DNA of 28,567 bases, from positions 1 to 28,567 of the forward strand of contig CAMATR010000001.1 of assembly GCA_945861175.1 (NCBI GenBank). Reading direction: 5' to 3'. The notes below the pieces were generated by a model that did not search any database, had not been told where the DNA came from, and saw only the letters and a list, made by a program, of their open reading frames with translations. The stretch comes from Chitinophaga pinensis (lineage in GTDB: Bacteria; Bacteroidota; Bacteroidia; Flavobacteriales_D; Crocinitomicaceae). Shown piece by piece: positions 16,873 to 25,726 of this stretch. Positions within the stretch are counted from its first letter, which is position 1. Every line of letters starts with the position of its first letter. Both the position numbers and the translations under genes were made by a program.

Positions 16873-17621
16873 GAAAAATTAACGGAATTAACTTCAATAT
16901 TGAGCTTGAGTTGGATTGGTGTATGCGTCACATGTATACTGGATCCTACCAATATGAGATTACAAACCTTTTGAAAAAATTCCTTAGAAAAGGAGATACG
17001 TTTATCGACGTTGGGGCAAATGTTGGCTATTTCTCTGCAGTTGCTTTAGGATTGGTTGGAAAAACCGGAGAAGTGCACTCGTTTGAACCAGTGCCTAAAT
17101 ACTATAAAAGATTGAAAACTGTTCATGAGAACAATCTAGATTTTAACATTAATGTAAACGAAGTAGCATGTGGCGAGGAAGAAGGAATCACAAAAATTTC
17201 TGTAGCAAATGGGAACAACATAGGGTGGAATACAATGGTTCCCAATTTTATGCACAAAGATTCGATTGAAGAAGAAATCGAAATATCGGTTATTACACTT
17301 GATAGTTATCTCACTCAGAAAAACATAAAGAATGTGAGACTAGTGAAAATGGATACTGAGGGTTATGAGTTTCCTGTAATGAAGGGTTTCCAACAATATC
17401 TACGAGGTCTCAATGAGTTGCCGATTTTAGTGATTGAGGTTGTTCCAGAAGCTTACGATAAATTAAAGTTAACGCTTGCTGATTTTGCCGATTTAATGGT
17501 GAACCTGGGATATGTCGCATATGATTTTAAACTTGCTAACTTAATTGAAGTAGCACAACTTGTAGCTCCGACTACTGATGTAGTTTTTTTACCCAAAAAC
17601 CTTTGCCCGAAGAATCGCTAG
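16824..17621 (+). CDS. FkbM family SAM-dependent methyltransferase
   Basis: FIDVGANVGYFS, VHSFEPVP, VITLDSY, LVKMDTEGYEFPVMKG. Start uncertain (TTG 16824, ATG 16869, or frameshifted from 16759). Confidence 0.88.
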   Translation: MATSQAICILPAKSGMRKINGINFNIELELDWCMRHMYTGSYQYEITNLLKKFLRKGDTFIDVGANVGYFSAVALGLVGKTGEVHSFEPVPKYYKRLKTVHENNLDFNINVNEVACGEEEGITKISVANGNNIGWNTMVPNFMHKDSIEEEIEISVITLDSYLTQKNIKNVRLVKMDTEGYEFPVMKGFQQYLRGLNELPILVIEVVPEAYDKLKLTLADFADLMVNLGYVAYDFKLANLIEVAQLVAPTTDVVFLPKNLCPKNR

Positions 17622-18208
17622 AACCTGATGATCATACCTAAGTTAGCCTCTAAACTAAAACATTCTCTGCTAATAATGAACAGAGAAAAGAGCTAATATG
17701 TAAGACATTGCATTGAGGCGACATTTTTTGATTTGTAAATATTTATACAATTTATTAATATAGAGAAGTATTTCGTTTTGGTTCAAAAAATTATTCGATG
17801 CGAAGCACTTTAAATGTCTTCTGTGAATTATTTTGGAGAGCACTGCTTAAAGCTTCAGATGATCCGCTACGACCTGAGGTGGTAACTCCACAAATGCAAA
17901 AGGAATAGTCTGAAAAAGTTATGAAAATATTGATTTTGGGTTATCTTAGGTGGCCGGACATACAATTACTGGTTCTTTATAAAAGTGAGTGGGTAGTGCT
18001 TGCGAAGATTTATCTTTGCAAAGTCTAAAATAGTAAAAATGGGTCGATAGAAGATACGAATTCGAAATTTTCAAAAAGTTGGACGATATACTAAAAATAT
18101 CGAGTTGTGCTTTTTTAGAACTGCCGGTAAAATAACACACTCCCCTGAGCATCTTTTATTCTGGACAAGTCTTGTTTATTATATTTTTTTACTAATTTCA
18201 AATAACCT

Positions 18209-19639
18209 ATGAATTCGACAACAACAACAAACTATTCTTGGTTCATTTGGAGTTTATTAGTTTATATTTTATTGCCAACAATAATATTTTATTTTGTTGG
18301 CAAATTGGTTCCTATAAATAGAGCAATTATTTCATTAGATTACATATTGTTAATGTGTTTTGCGAATATTATCAGCTATCGATTGTGTAGTTTTATATTT
18401 CTTTTTTTATTGTGCCTTGATATACTTGTTTCAGTTTCAGCTGCGTATTATTTTAATATTTATGATTTTATTTATTCAGTAAAATATTTGTCCCTACTTA
18501 AAATAGATTTAATACTAATACTATTATTAATATTGGTATTAGTATTACTCGGTGTATTTATTATACATTTATTTAAAAATTACAAACGTAATGTGCCGAC
18601 GTGGTTTTCTATTTCTCTTCTTCTCATTATTTCGTTTTGTGACATTGTCAATGGTTCTTCTCAAGCAATATTTATTACTTTGGGCATAAATTATAGCAAT
18701 GGAAAAATGGGTAAAATAGTTGATGAAAAAACGGGTAAAATAGTTGATGAAAATATTGCTTCATCAGCTTTATCAAAATTATCAATTGATGTGATGCCTT
18801 ATTATAAACGAAAAAATAATGAATATATAGGATCAAAAGTTAAGAATTTATTTTTCAATGATATCTCACACAATTTTCAATTTATTAAACATCATCAAAA
18901 TATAATTTTAGTCATAATGGAATCATTTGGTTTGAATATTGATTCAAATAATTATTCTAAAATATTATATCCAATTTTAGAATTAAAACCAGTTTACAAT
19001 GTTTCGATCAACAAAGAAAGATTCTATGGAGGAACAGTCGGGGCAGAGACAAAAGAACTTCTTGGGATTACAGGTGTTCCATACTATTATTTGAAGAACA
19101 ACTCATTTATGGATTCTTTGATTAGCGTCCCTAAAATACTTAAAACTAAAGGATATGTTACATTTGCGTTTCACGGTTTTTCAGGTCTTGTGTTTGAAAG
19201 AAAATTATGGTGGAAAAACATTGGATTTGATTCGTCTTATTATTTTGAGGATTTGAGAAAACCTGAATCTATAATTGTCGGAAAGGCATTTCCGGGTATT
19301 TCAGACAGAATGATTATCAAATCTATTAAAGATAAAATTGAAGTTAATGGTTATCCAAATCCTTATTTTATTTACTTATTGACTTTAAATTCACATTTAC
19401 CATTATCAAAAAATTTAACAAAAGTATATCAAATTTCTAACTTTGAGGATATAAGTGCCCCTCAGATTATTGATTCCATTAATTATAATATATTGCAAGA
19501 TTTAGCTGACCTAATAAAAGTCACAAAAAATACTACTGTTTTTATTGTTGGTGACCATGCACCTCCTTTCGGGAATAACTTCAAGGGTTATTACGATAAT
19601 AAATACATTCCGGTTATAAAGGTTGAACCAAAAAAATGA
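18209..19639 (+). CDS. LTA-synthase/sulfatase-superfamily membrane transferase (probable phospho-substituent transferase)
   Basis: About five N-terminal TM segments, then VIMESFG, GGTVGAE (Thr nucleophile), FHGF...FER......IGFD, TLNSHLP, VGDHAPP. Confidence 0.72.
   Translation: MNSTTTTNYSWFIWSLLVYILLPTIIFYFVGKLVPINRAIISLDYILLMCFANIISYRLCSFIFLFLLCLDILVSVSAAYYFNIYDFIYSVKYLSLLKIDLILILLLILVLVLLGVFIIHLFKNYKRNVPTWFSISLLLIISFCDIVNGSSQAIFITLGINYSNGKMGKIVDEKTGKIVDENIASSALSKLSIDVMPYYKRKNNEYIGSKVKNLFFNDISHNFQFIKHHQNIILVIMESFGLNIDSNNYSKILYPILELKPVYNVSINKERFYGGTVGAETKELLGITGVPYYYLKNNSFMDSLISVPKILKTKGYVTFAFHGFSGLVFERKLWWKNIGFDSSYYFEDLRKPESIIVGKAFPGISDRMIIKSIKDKIEVNGYPNPYFIYLLTLNSHLPLSKNLTKVYQISNFEDISAPQIIDSINYNILQDLADLIKVTKNTTVFIVGDHAPPFGNNFKGYYDNKYIPVIKVEPKK
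18703..18753 (+). repeat. In-frame 24-bp tandem duplication (KMGKIVDE / KTGKIVDE)
   Basis: AAAAATGGGTAAAATAGTTGATGA / AAAAACGGGTAAAATAGTTGATGA, 23/24 identical, plus a 3-nt partial third unit. Confidence 0.9.
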
Positions 19640-19837
19640 AAAAAATAGTAGGCGTATTTTCTATTATGGTGTTTTTATCAATAATGCTTGGGAATTAATA
19701 TTGTCCCGATTAAAAGTGGAATGAACTCAACAGGTTATCAATAAGAGATATTATAAAAAAAACTTGACTAGCATGTTTAATAATTTTGAAAAATGTATTT
19801 TTAGAACCAACCTAAAATTGTTTTATGAGGGTGCTAC

Positions 19838-21100
19838 GTGAATATATTACATATAAATAACACCGATCTTATTGGTGGGCGTTTTAACGGTTTCTCTATG
19901 CAACAATCAACCGATAAATTTAATAATGTGGAAATGGCGGTGTGGAAGAAAATCTCCAATAGTTCTTTTGTGCATCGTATTCCTCCTGATAATTCCTTAT
20001 TACGTTTTTTGGAATTGAATACTATGAGGATTTTTGGCAGGATAGGATTTGATAGTCTCACTGGAACTGGTGGCTTGGTTTTGCCTACCTGCGATTATTT
20101 TAAACGGGCAGATGTTCTTCATTTGCACCTTATTCACAATTTCGCTAACTTAAGCATTTTATCATTGCCTAAGCTTAGCCGCCTAAAGCCTGTGGTTTGG
20201 ACGATTCATGATCCATGGGCGATGACGGGAGGGTGCGAGCATTCTTTTGACTGTGATCGCTGGCTTACCGGATGTGAACCTCGGTGTCCATATCCAAGGC
20301 ATTGGTCAATATTTCAGCATTACATGCCGTACCTGAATTGGAGAATAAAAAAAAAGGTTTATGAGCGCTCAGATTTGACGTTGGTTGTTGCTTCTAAATG
20401 GATGCGGGATCGAGTTGAAAGAAGTCCGTTATTACGTCATCTTCCGTGTTATCAAATTCCATTCGGTATTGACTTGAATGTTTTTAAGCCAAAATCTAAA
20501 ACAGACTGCCGAAAAAAACTGGGTATTGCATTAGATCACAAAGTTATCGCATTCAGAGATGTAGGGTTGAAATCGGTGGATCGATTAAAGGGTACGAGTT
20601 GGTTGATGGAGGCCTTGAAGATTTACGAACCACAAGTACCGACCACCTTGCTAATATTTGAAGACGGTAAAGGTTTTAAGATTTTGTCGCCAAAGTATAC
20701 GGTTCTTACAACGGGCTGGATCAATGGCGATGATCTTGCAGTTGCGTTATCTGCTGCAGATATATTTCTGATGCCATCAATTCAAGAAGCTTTTGGTCTT
20801 ATGGCTGTGGAGTCTATGGCCTGTTCAACACCCGTGATTGTTTTCGATGGTACGGCGTTGCCAGACGTTATTAAATCTCCGCTAGGTGGAATTTCCGTGC
20901 CCGCAAAGGACAGTGTGGCCTTGGCAGAGGCAATAAAGCGATTATTGGATGATGACGAACTTCGGCAGAAACTGAGTAAACAAGCACAACAGATTGCTGA
21001 ACATGAATATTCATTTCCGCTGTATATCCAACGACACATAAATCTATACGAAGAAGTTATTGAACGTCATAATAGCAGAGGACGTGTTCGAATAAAGTAA
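19838..21100 (+). CDS. Glycosyltransferase family 4 (WcaC-like), copy B
   Basis: GTG start with GAGG RBS; same motifs as copy A; 68/100 identical residues in the first 100 aa by manual count. Confidence 0.9.
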   Translation: MNILHINNTDLIGGRFNGFSMQQSTDKFNNVEMAVWKKISNSSFVHRIPPDNSLLRFLELNTMRIFGRIGFDSLTGTGGLVLPTCDYFKRADVLHLHLIHNFANLSILSLPKLSRLKPVVWTIHDPWAMTGGCEHSFDCDRWLTGCEPRCPYPRHWSIFQHYMPYLNWRIKKKVYERSDLTLVVASKWMRDRVERSPLLRHLPCYQIPFGIDLNVFKPKSKTDCRKKLGIALDHKVIAFRDVGLKSVDRLKGTSWLMEALKIYEPQVPTTLLIFEDGKGFKILSPKYTVLTTGWINGDDLAVALSAADIFLMPSIQEAFGLMAVESMACSTPVIVFDGTALPDVIKSPLGGISVPAKDSVALAEAIKRLLDDDELRQKLSKQAQQIAEHEYSFPLYIQRHINLYEEVIERHNSRGRVRIK

Positions 21101-21116
21101 ATGGAGATTACTCGTT

Positions 21117-22133
21117 ATGTTTAATGATAAAATCTTACTTATTACCGGTGGTACCGGTTCTTTCGGTAATGCAGTATTAATGCGCTTTCTTAATACCGAT
21201 GTTAAAGAAATTCGTGTTTTCAGCCGTGACGAAAAGAAACAGGAAGACATGCGCATTAGTCTGAACAATAATAAAGTCAAATTTTATATTGGGGATGTCC
21301 GAAATTATGATAGTATATTTTCTGCCTTGGATGGAGTCGATTTTGTTTTCCACGCAGCGGCTTTGAAACAGGTGCCTTCTTGTGAATTTTATCCCCTTGA
21401 AGCAGTGCGTACAAATGTTCTGGGCACAGAGAATGTCCTTAATGCCGCATTGGCGTGTAACGTAAAAAAAGTGATTTGTCTGAGTACAGACAAGGCGGTT
21501 TATCCAATAAATGCAATGGGAATTTCCAAGGCGATGATGGAAAAACTAATGGTCGCCAAAGCGCGCATGACGGATGAAAATAAGACGGTATTTATGGGTA
21601 CACGATACGGTAACGTTATGGCCTCCCGAGGTTCGGTTATCCCTCTTTTTATCAAACAGATTCATGAAGGTAAGCCACTCACAATTACCGACCCAAACAT
21701 GACCCGTTTTCTTATGTCACTAGATGATGCTGTTAATCTGGTTTTGTATGCTTTTAGTAACGCTCATCAGGGAGATATCTTTGTGCAAAAAGCACCGGCA
21801 TCTACCATCATGGATTTAGCATTGGCTATAAAGGAGTTGTTTAAAGTTGATAACGAAATCAAAGTTATTGGAACACGACATGGTGAGAAACTATACGAAA
21901 CACTTATAACTCGTGAGGAATTGGCAAAAGCAGAAGATATGGGTGATTACTACCGGATTGTCCCAGACGACCGGGACTTGAATTATGACAAATACTTTAC
22001 CACGGGGGAAGAAAGGGTCTCGTACTTAAAAGACTATCATTCTCACAATACTCAACGACTTGTTGTTTCCGAGATTAAAGAAAAACTTCTCAAATTGGAT
22101 TTTATTCGTAGTGAACTTACTACGGGGGCATAA
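21117..22133 (+). CDS. fnlA: UDP-GlcNAc 4,6-dehydratase/epimerase (FnlA/WbjB/CapE family)
   Basis: ITGGTGSFG, FSRDEKKQEDMR, HAAALKQVPSCEFYP.EAV.TN, LSTDKAVYPINAMGISKAMMEK, TRYGNVMASRGSVIPLF, RHGEKLYETL, YHSHNT. Confidence 0.93.
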   Translation: MFNDKILLITGGTGSFGNAVLMRFLNTDVKEIRVFSRDEKKQEDMRISLNNNKVKFYIGDVRNYDSIFSALDGVDFVFHAAALKQVPSCEFYPLEAVRTNVLGTENVLNAALACNVKKVICLSTDKAVYPINAMGISKAMMEKLMVAKARMTDENKTVFMGTRYGNVMASRGSVIPLFIKQIHEGKPLTITDPNMTRFLMSLDDAVNLVLYAFSNAHQGDIFVQKAPASTIMDLALAIKELFKVDNEIKVIGTRHGEKLYETLITREELAKAEDMGDYYRIVPDDRDLNYDKYFTTGEERVSYLKDYHSHNTQRLVVSEIKEKLLKLDFIRSELTTGA

Positions 22134-22136
22134 CGC

Positions 22137-23027
22137 ATGCGTATTTTAATTCTTGGAGGGACCGGCATCCTCGGTCATCAATTATATAAACACATGTCGT
22201 CTCATTTTCCAGATACCTTTGCGACAATTCGACAAAGTAGAACAAAATATCAATTAAGTAATATTACTGATGAATCCAAGATTATTGAATGTGTTGATGT
22301 AACAGAGTTTCATATACTTACTGGGATAATGAATAGTGTAAAACCAGACGTTATATTAAACTGTACAGGTTTTACAAAGCGCAGAAAAGATGTGAATGAA
22401 GTCATAAATTCAATAAAACTGAATGCCTTATTTCCACATTTGTTAGCTGAGTGGGGGCGCAATAATTCTGTAAGAGTTATTAATTTTAGCACAGATTGTG
22501 TATTTGATGGCATGACGGGAAACTATAGTGATGTTAGTCCAACTAATGCAGTTGACTTGTATGGTAAAACAAAAGCGATTGGAGAAATTCGTGGAGAAAA
22601 TGCACTTACGCTGCGCTCCTCATTTATCGGCACCGAGCTTGAAAATGGCACGGAATTGCTCGAATGGTTCTTAGGTCAAACAGGAGGAACGGTAAGGGGA
22701 TTTAAAAACGCAATATATTCAGGATTAACTACGCTCGAGTTGAGTCGCGTTATTGAAAAGATAATCATACACTATCCCGGAGCAAATGGGATTTATAATG
22801 TTTCGAGTGATCCAATAAGTAAATATGAACTTTTATTACTCATCAGGGATAAAATGCATCTTAATGTTGAGGTTTTACCAGATGAAAATGTAATTTGTGA
22901 CCGAAGTCTAAATTCTTCCAAGTTCCGTCAAGAATTTAATTATGTACCACCTCGCTGGGAGTTAATGATTGATGAACTTGCACGGTCTATTTATTCGAAG
23001 AAAGAAAAAAATGAAAGGAATTTTTAG
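22137..23027 (+). CDS. RmlD-like SDR 4-reductase (QnlA/WbvR-type)
   Basis: ILGGTGILG, STDCVFDG, DLYGKTKAIGE, TLRSSFIG.EL, LLEWFL, ISKYELL; 296 aa with no C-terminal cupin domain; lies between fnlA and the 2-epimerase. Confidence 0.75.
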   Translation: MRILILGGTGILGHQLYKHMSSHFPDTFATIRQSRTKYQLSNITDESKIIECVDVTEFHILTGIMNSVKPDVILNCTGFTKRRKDVNEVINSIKLNALFPHLLAEWGRNNSVRVINFSTDCVFDGMTGNYSDVSPTNAVDLYGKTKAIGEIRGENALTLRSSFIGTELENGTELLEWFLGQTGGTVRGFKNAIYSGLTTLELSRVIEKIIIHYPGANGIYNVSSDPISKYELLLLIRDKMHLNVEVLPDENVICDRSLNSSKFRQEFNYVPPRWELMIDELARSIYSKKEKNERNF

Positions 23028-23029
23028 CT

Positions 23030-24163
23030 ATGCCATTAAAAGTTATGACCATTGTAGGTACACGTCCGGAGATCATTAAATTAAGTAGAATTATTATTGA
23101 ACTCGATCGGCAAGTAACACATATATTAGTACACTCTGGGCAAAATTATGATTATGAATTAAATGAAATCTTTTTTCAGCAATTGGGAATACGGAAACCG
23201 GATTACTTCCTCAATGCAGTTGGTAAAACAGTTGCGCAAACAATAGGCAATGTTATCTCTAAATCTGATGAAATTATGGAGCGTGAAAAACCGGATGCTA
23301 TTTTGCTGTACGGAGATACAAATAGTTGTTTGTCAGTTATTTCTGCCAAACGAAGAAAGATTCCTATTTTCCACATGGAAGCTGGAAATCGTTGTTTCGA
23401 TTTAAGGGTACCCGAAGAGATTAATCGAAAGATTGTTGATCATACCAGCGATATAAATATGACTCATACAGAACATGCTCGTCGTTATCTATTGGCAGAA
23501 GGACTAAAACCTGAGACGGTTATTAAAACCGGATCTCCTATGAAAGAGATTCTTGACTATTATATGCCTCAAATTGAAGCATCAGACGCGCTGGAAAAAC
23601 TTAATCTAAAAAAAGGCGAATATTTTGTTGTTAGCGCACACCGCGAAGAAAACGTTGATAGTGAAGAAAACTTTATCAATTTGCTCGATTCACTTAATGC
23701 GATTGCCGTGAGATATAATAATCCAATTATTGTATCTACACATCCAAGAACACGAATCCGTCTTGAGGAAATGGTTCGCGAGAATCTTGATCCACGGATT
23801 AACTTTTTAAAACCGTTGGGTTTTTTTGATTATGTAAATTTGCAGCTGTATGCAAAATGTGTAATTTCTGATAGTGGTACCATCACAGAAGAATCTACTA
23901 TTCTAAATTTTCCAGCAGTTACGATCCGGCAGGCTCATGAGCGACCGGAGGGTATGGACGAGGGGACGTTAATAATGTGCGGCCTTAAAAAAGAGCGGGT
24001 TATTGAAGCTATTGACGTTGTACGATCGCACTATGTTAAAGATATTCGTTCATTTCGCATTGTTCCTGATTATGATGTGGAAAATGTATCGAAGAAGGTC
24101 TTGCGTATTATTTTGAGTTATACGGACTATGTCAAAAGAACCGTCTGGTATTCAAAAGCTTAG
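23030..24163 (+). CDS. Non-hydrolysing UDP-HexNAc 2-epimerase (WbjD/FnlC/QnlB family)
   Basis: VGTRPEIIKLS, HSGQNYDYELN, GDTNSCL, HMEAGNRCFD.RVPEEINR, HREEN, SDSGTITEES, HERPEGMDEG. Confidence 0.92.
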   Translation: MPLKVMTIVGTRPEIIKLSRIIIELDRQVTHILVHSGQNYDYELNEIFFQQLGIRKPDYFLNAVGKTVAQTIGNVISKSDEIMEREKPDAILLYGDTNSCLSVISAKRRKIPIFHMEAGNRCFDLRVPEEINRKIVDHTSDINMTHTEHARRYLLAEGLKPETVIKTGSPMKEILDYYMPQIEASDALEKLNLKKGEYFVVSAHREENVDSEENFINLLDSLNAIAVRYNNPIIVSTHPRTRIRLEEMVRENLDPRINFLKPLGFFDYVNLQLYAKCVISDSGTITEESTILNFPAVTIRQAHERPEGMDEGTLIMCGLKKERVIEAIDVVRSHYVKDIRSFRIVPDYDVENVSKKVLRIILSYTDYVKRTVWYSKA

Positions 24164-24198
24164 GATTATATATTCAACGACTCTAGGAATTAGCCAAT

Positions 24199-25512
24199 AT
24201 GAAAAATGAATCACCTCTTTTTACTGTAATAATACCGTGTAAAAATCGGGCGAGCTATCTTCATCACACGTTACGCACTTGTATGATGCAAAATTACGAA
24301 AACATGGAAGTGCTCGTTTCGGATGATGGTAGCACAGACAACCTTCGCGAGGTTGTTGAAGATGCAACCCGCCTTGATTCTCGCATTCGTTATATAAAAC
24401 CAAGTTCTGGTTCTGGAATGTACAATAACTTTGAATATGCATTACAGCAAGTAAAGCCAGGATTTGTTATTGCATTGGGTGGAGATGATGGGTTGTTGCC
24501 TGATGGGATTAAAGGTATGCGTGACACATTAAGTGATACCGGTATGGAATTACTGGCATGGCCTGCTCCACAATATTTTTATCCAAATACTCGCGGCATC
24601 AATGGCCAATTATGCATTTACCGCGAAAAGGGAATTAGAATTATTGATTCTAATCGCTTCTTGTCGCGACAAGCAAAGAATCTTCAATATACAAGTGATC
24701 GTGAATCCCCGATGTTCTATGTTAAAGGGGTAGCCTCTACAAAATTAATTGAAAAAGTTCGCCGGCGTTCTCCTAATGGGCAATTTTATTCTTGCGCAGT
24801 TCCTGATGGATATTCCGGGATTGTTCTGGCAGGTGAAGTATCAAGTTATGCTTTTTCTGGCAAACCTTTTTCAATATATGGTGTATCACCTAGTTCGCAG
24901 GGATTGACGTATTTGTCGAATGATGATAGAGCAAAAAAAATATCCGAACAGTTCTTTGAAAGCGCCTCTTCAAGGCCAATGCATCGTGATTTGGCGTCCC
25001 AACAATATTCGCCACTCATTGCACTAATGACCGCTGACTATTTACTTACTGCGAAGGATTTGCCGGGTTGGAGTGGGAGCTTTCCGCCCATTAATTATCG
25101 TCAAGTCTTACTTAAAGGATTAGAAGAGTTATCATTTGGATTGTATGGCGAGGATAGAATCAGCCGAGAACTTGGGATTCTTTTTCAGATTGCAGTGCAT
25201 CATGGTTTGGGTGAATTTTTTCTGGAAAAAGTTAGAACTTCACATCGTCACCGTCAACGTGTCCCTTTTATGGGAAATGGCGTTGGATATGGCAAAAAAG
25301 CATATGGTTTTTATGTAGATGCAGATATCTATAGTATTCATAATGTATTAGATGCGGCTTATGTTGCACAATGTATTTGTCAAGCGTACTCTGATGTGTC
25401 AACATGGAAATCTTTAAAAGATACAATTTTTAGATCACTCGCTTTTCGTTTTCAAGCAATGCGAAAGGGAAATCCATTCCCTCACGAATCAGAATGGCGC
25501 AAGACCTATTAA
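24199..25512 (+). CDS. Glycosyltransferase family 2
   Basis: FTVIIPCKNR, VSDDGSTD, NFEYAL, GGDDGLL (DXD). Confidence 0.85.
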   Translation: MKNESPLFTVIIPCKNRASYLHHTLRTCMMQNYENMEVLVSDDGSTDNLREVVEDATRLDSRIRYIKPSSGSGMYNNFEYALQQVKPGFVIALGGDDGLLPDGIKGMRDTLSDTGMELLAWPAPQYFYPNTRGINGQLCIYREKGIRIIDSNRFLSRQAKNLQYTSDRESPMFYVKGVASTKLIEKVRRRSPNGQFYSCAVPDGYSGIVLAGEVSSYAFSGKPFSIYGVSPSSQGLTYLSNDDRAKKISEQFFESASSRPMHRDLASQQYSPLIALMTADYLLTAKDLPGWSGSFPPINYRQVLLKGLEELSFGLYGEDRISRELGILFQIAVHHGLGEFFLEKVRTSHRHRQRVPFMGNGVGYGKKAYGFYVDADIYSIHNVLDAAYVAQCICQAYSDVSTWKSLKDTIFRSLAFRFQAMRKGNPFPHESEWRKTY

Positions 25513-25726
25513 TCAAAAGATTAAGCTTTCCTAAATGAATTGTAAACATTTGCACATTTTCTTGAGCGCTGGTCTTTGAAAGCTGGATAATTGGCAATCG
25601 AAAAATAAAAATATGTATCTAAAAAATCTTATGAGGAATGTAATTCTGACTCCATATTTTTATATCGTATTTAGATGTCATTCGTGATCATTTTTTGATA
25701 ACCATTTTTTATAGGGAGAAAATTTT

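Noticed and set aside
17642-17648. GTTAGCC attC core-like heptamer after the FkbM stop
   Set aside because: No complementary inverse core or palindrome upstream; a 7-mer is expected by chance.
22127-22134. GCATAAC inverse-core-like sequence at the fnlA stop
   Set aside because: The next gene starts 3 nt after the stop, leaving no room for an attC site.
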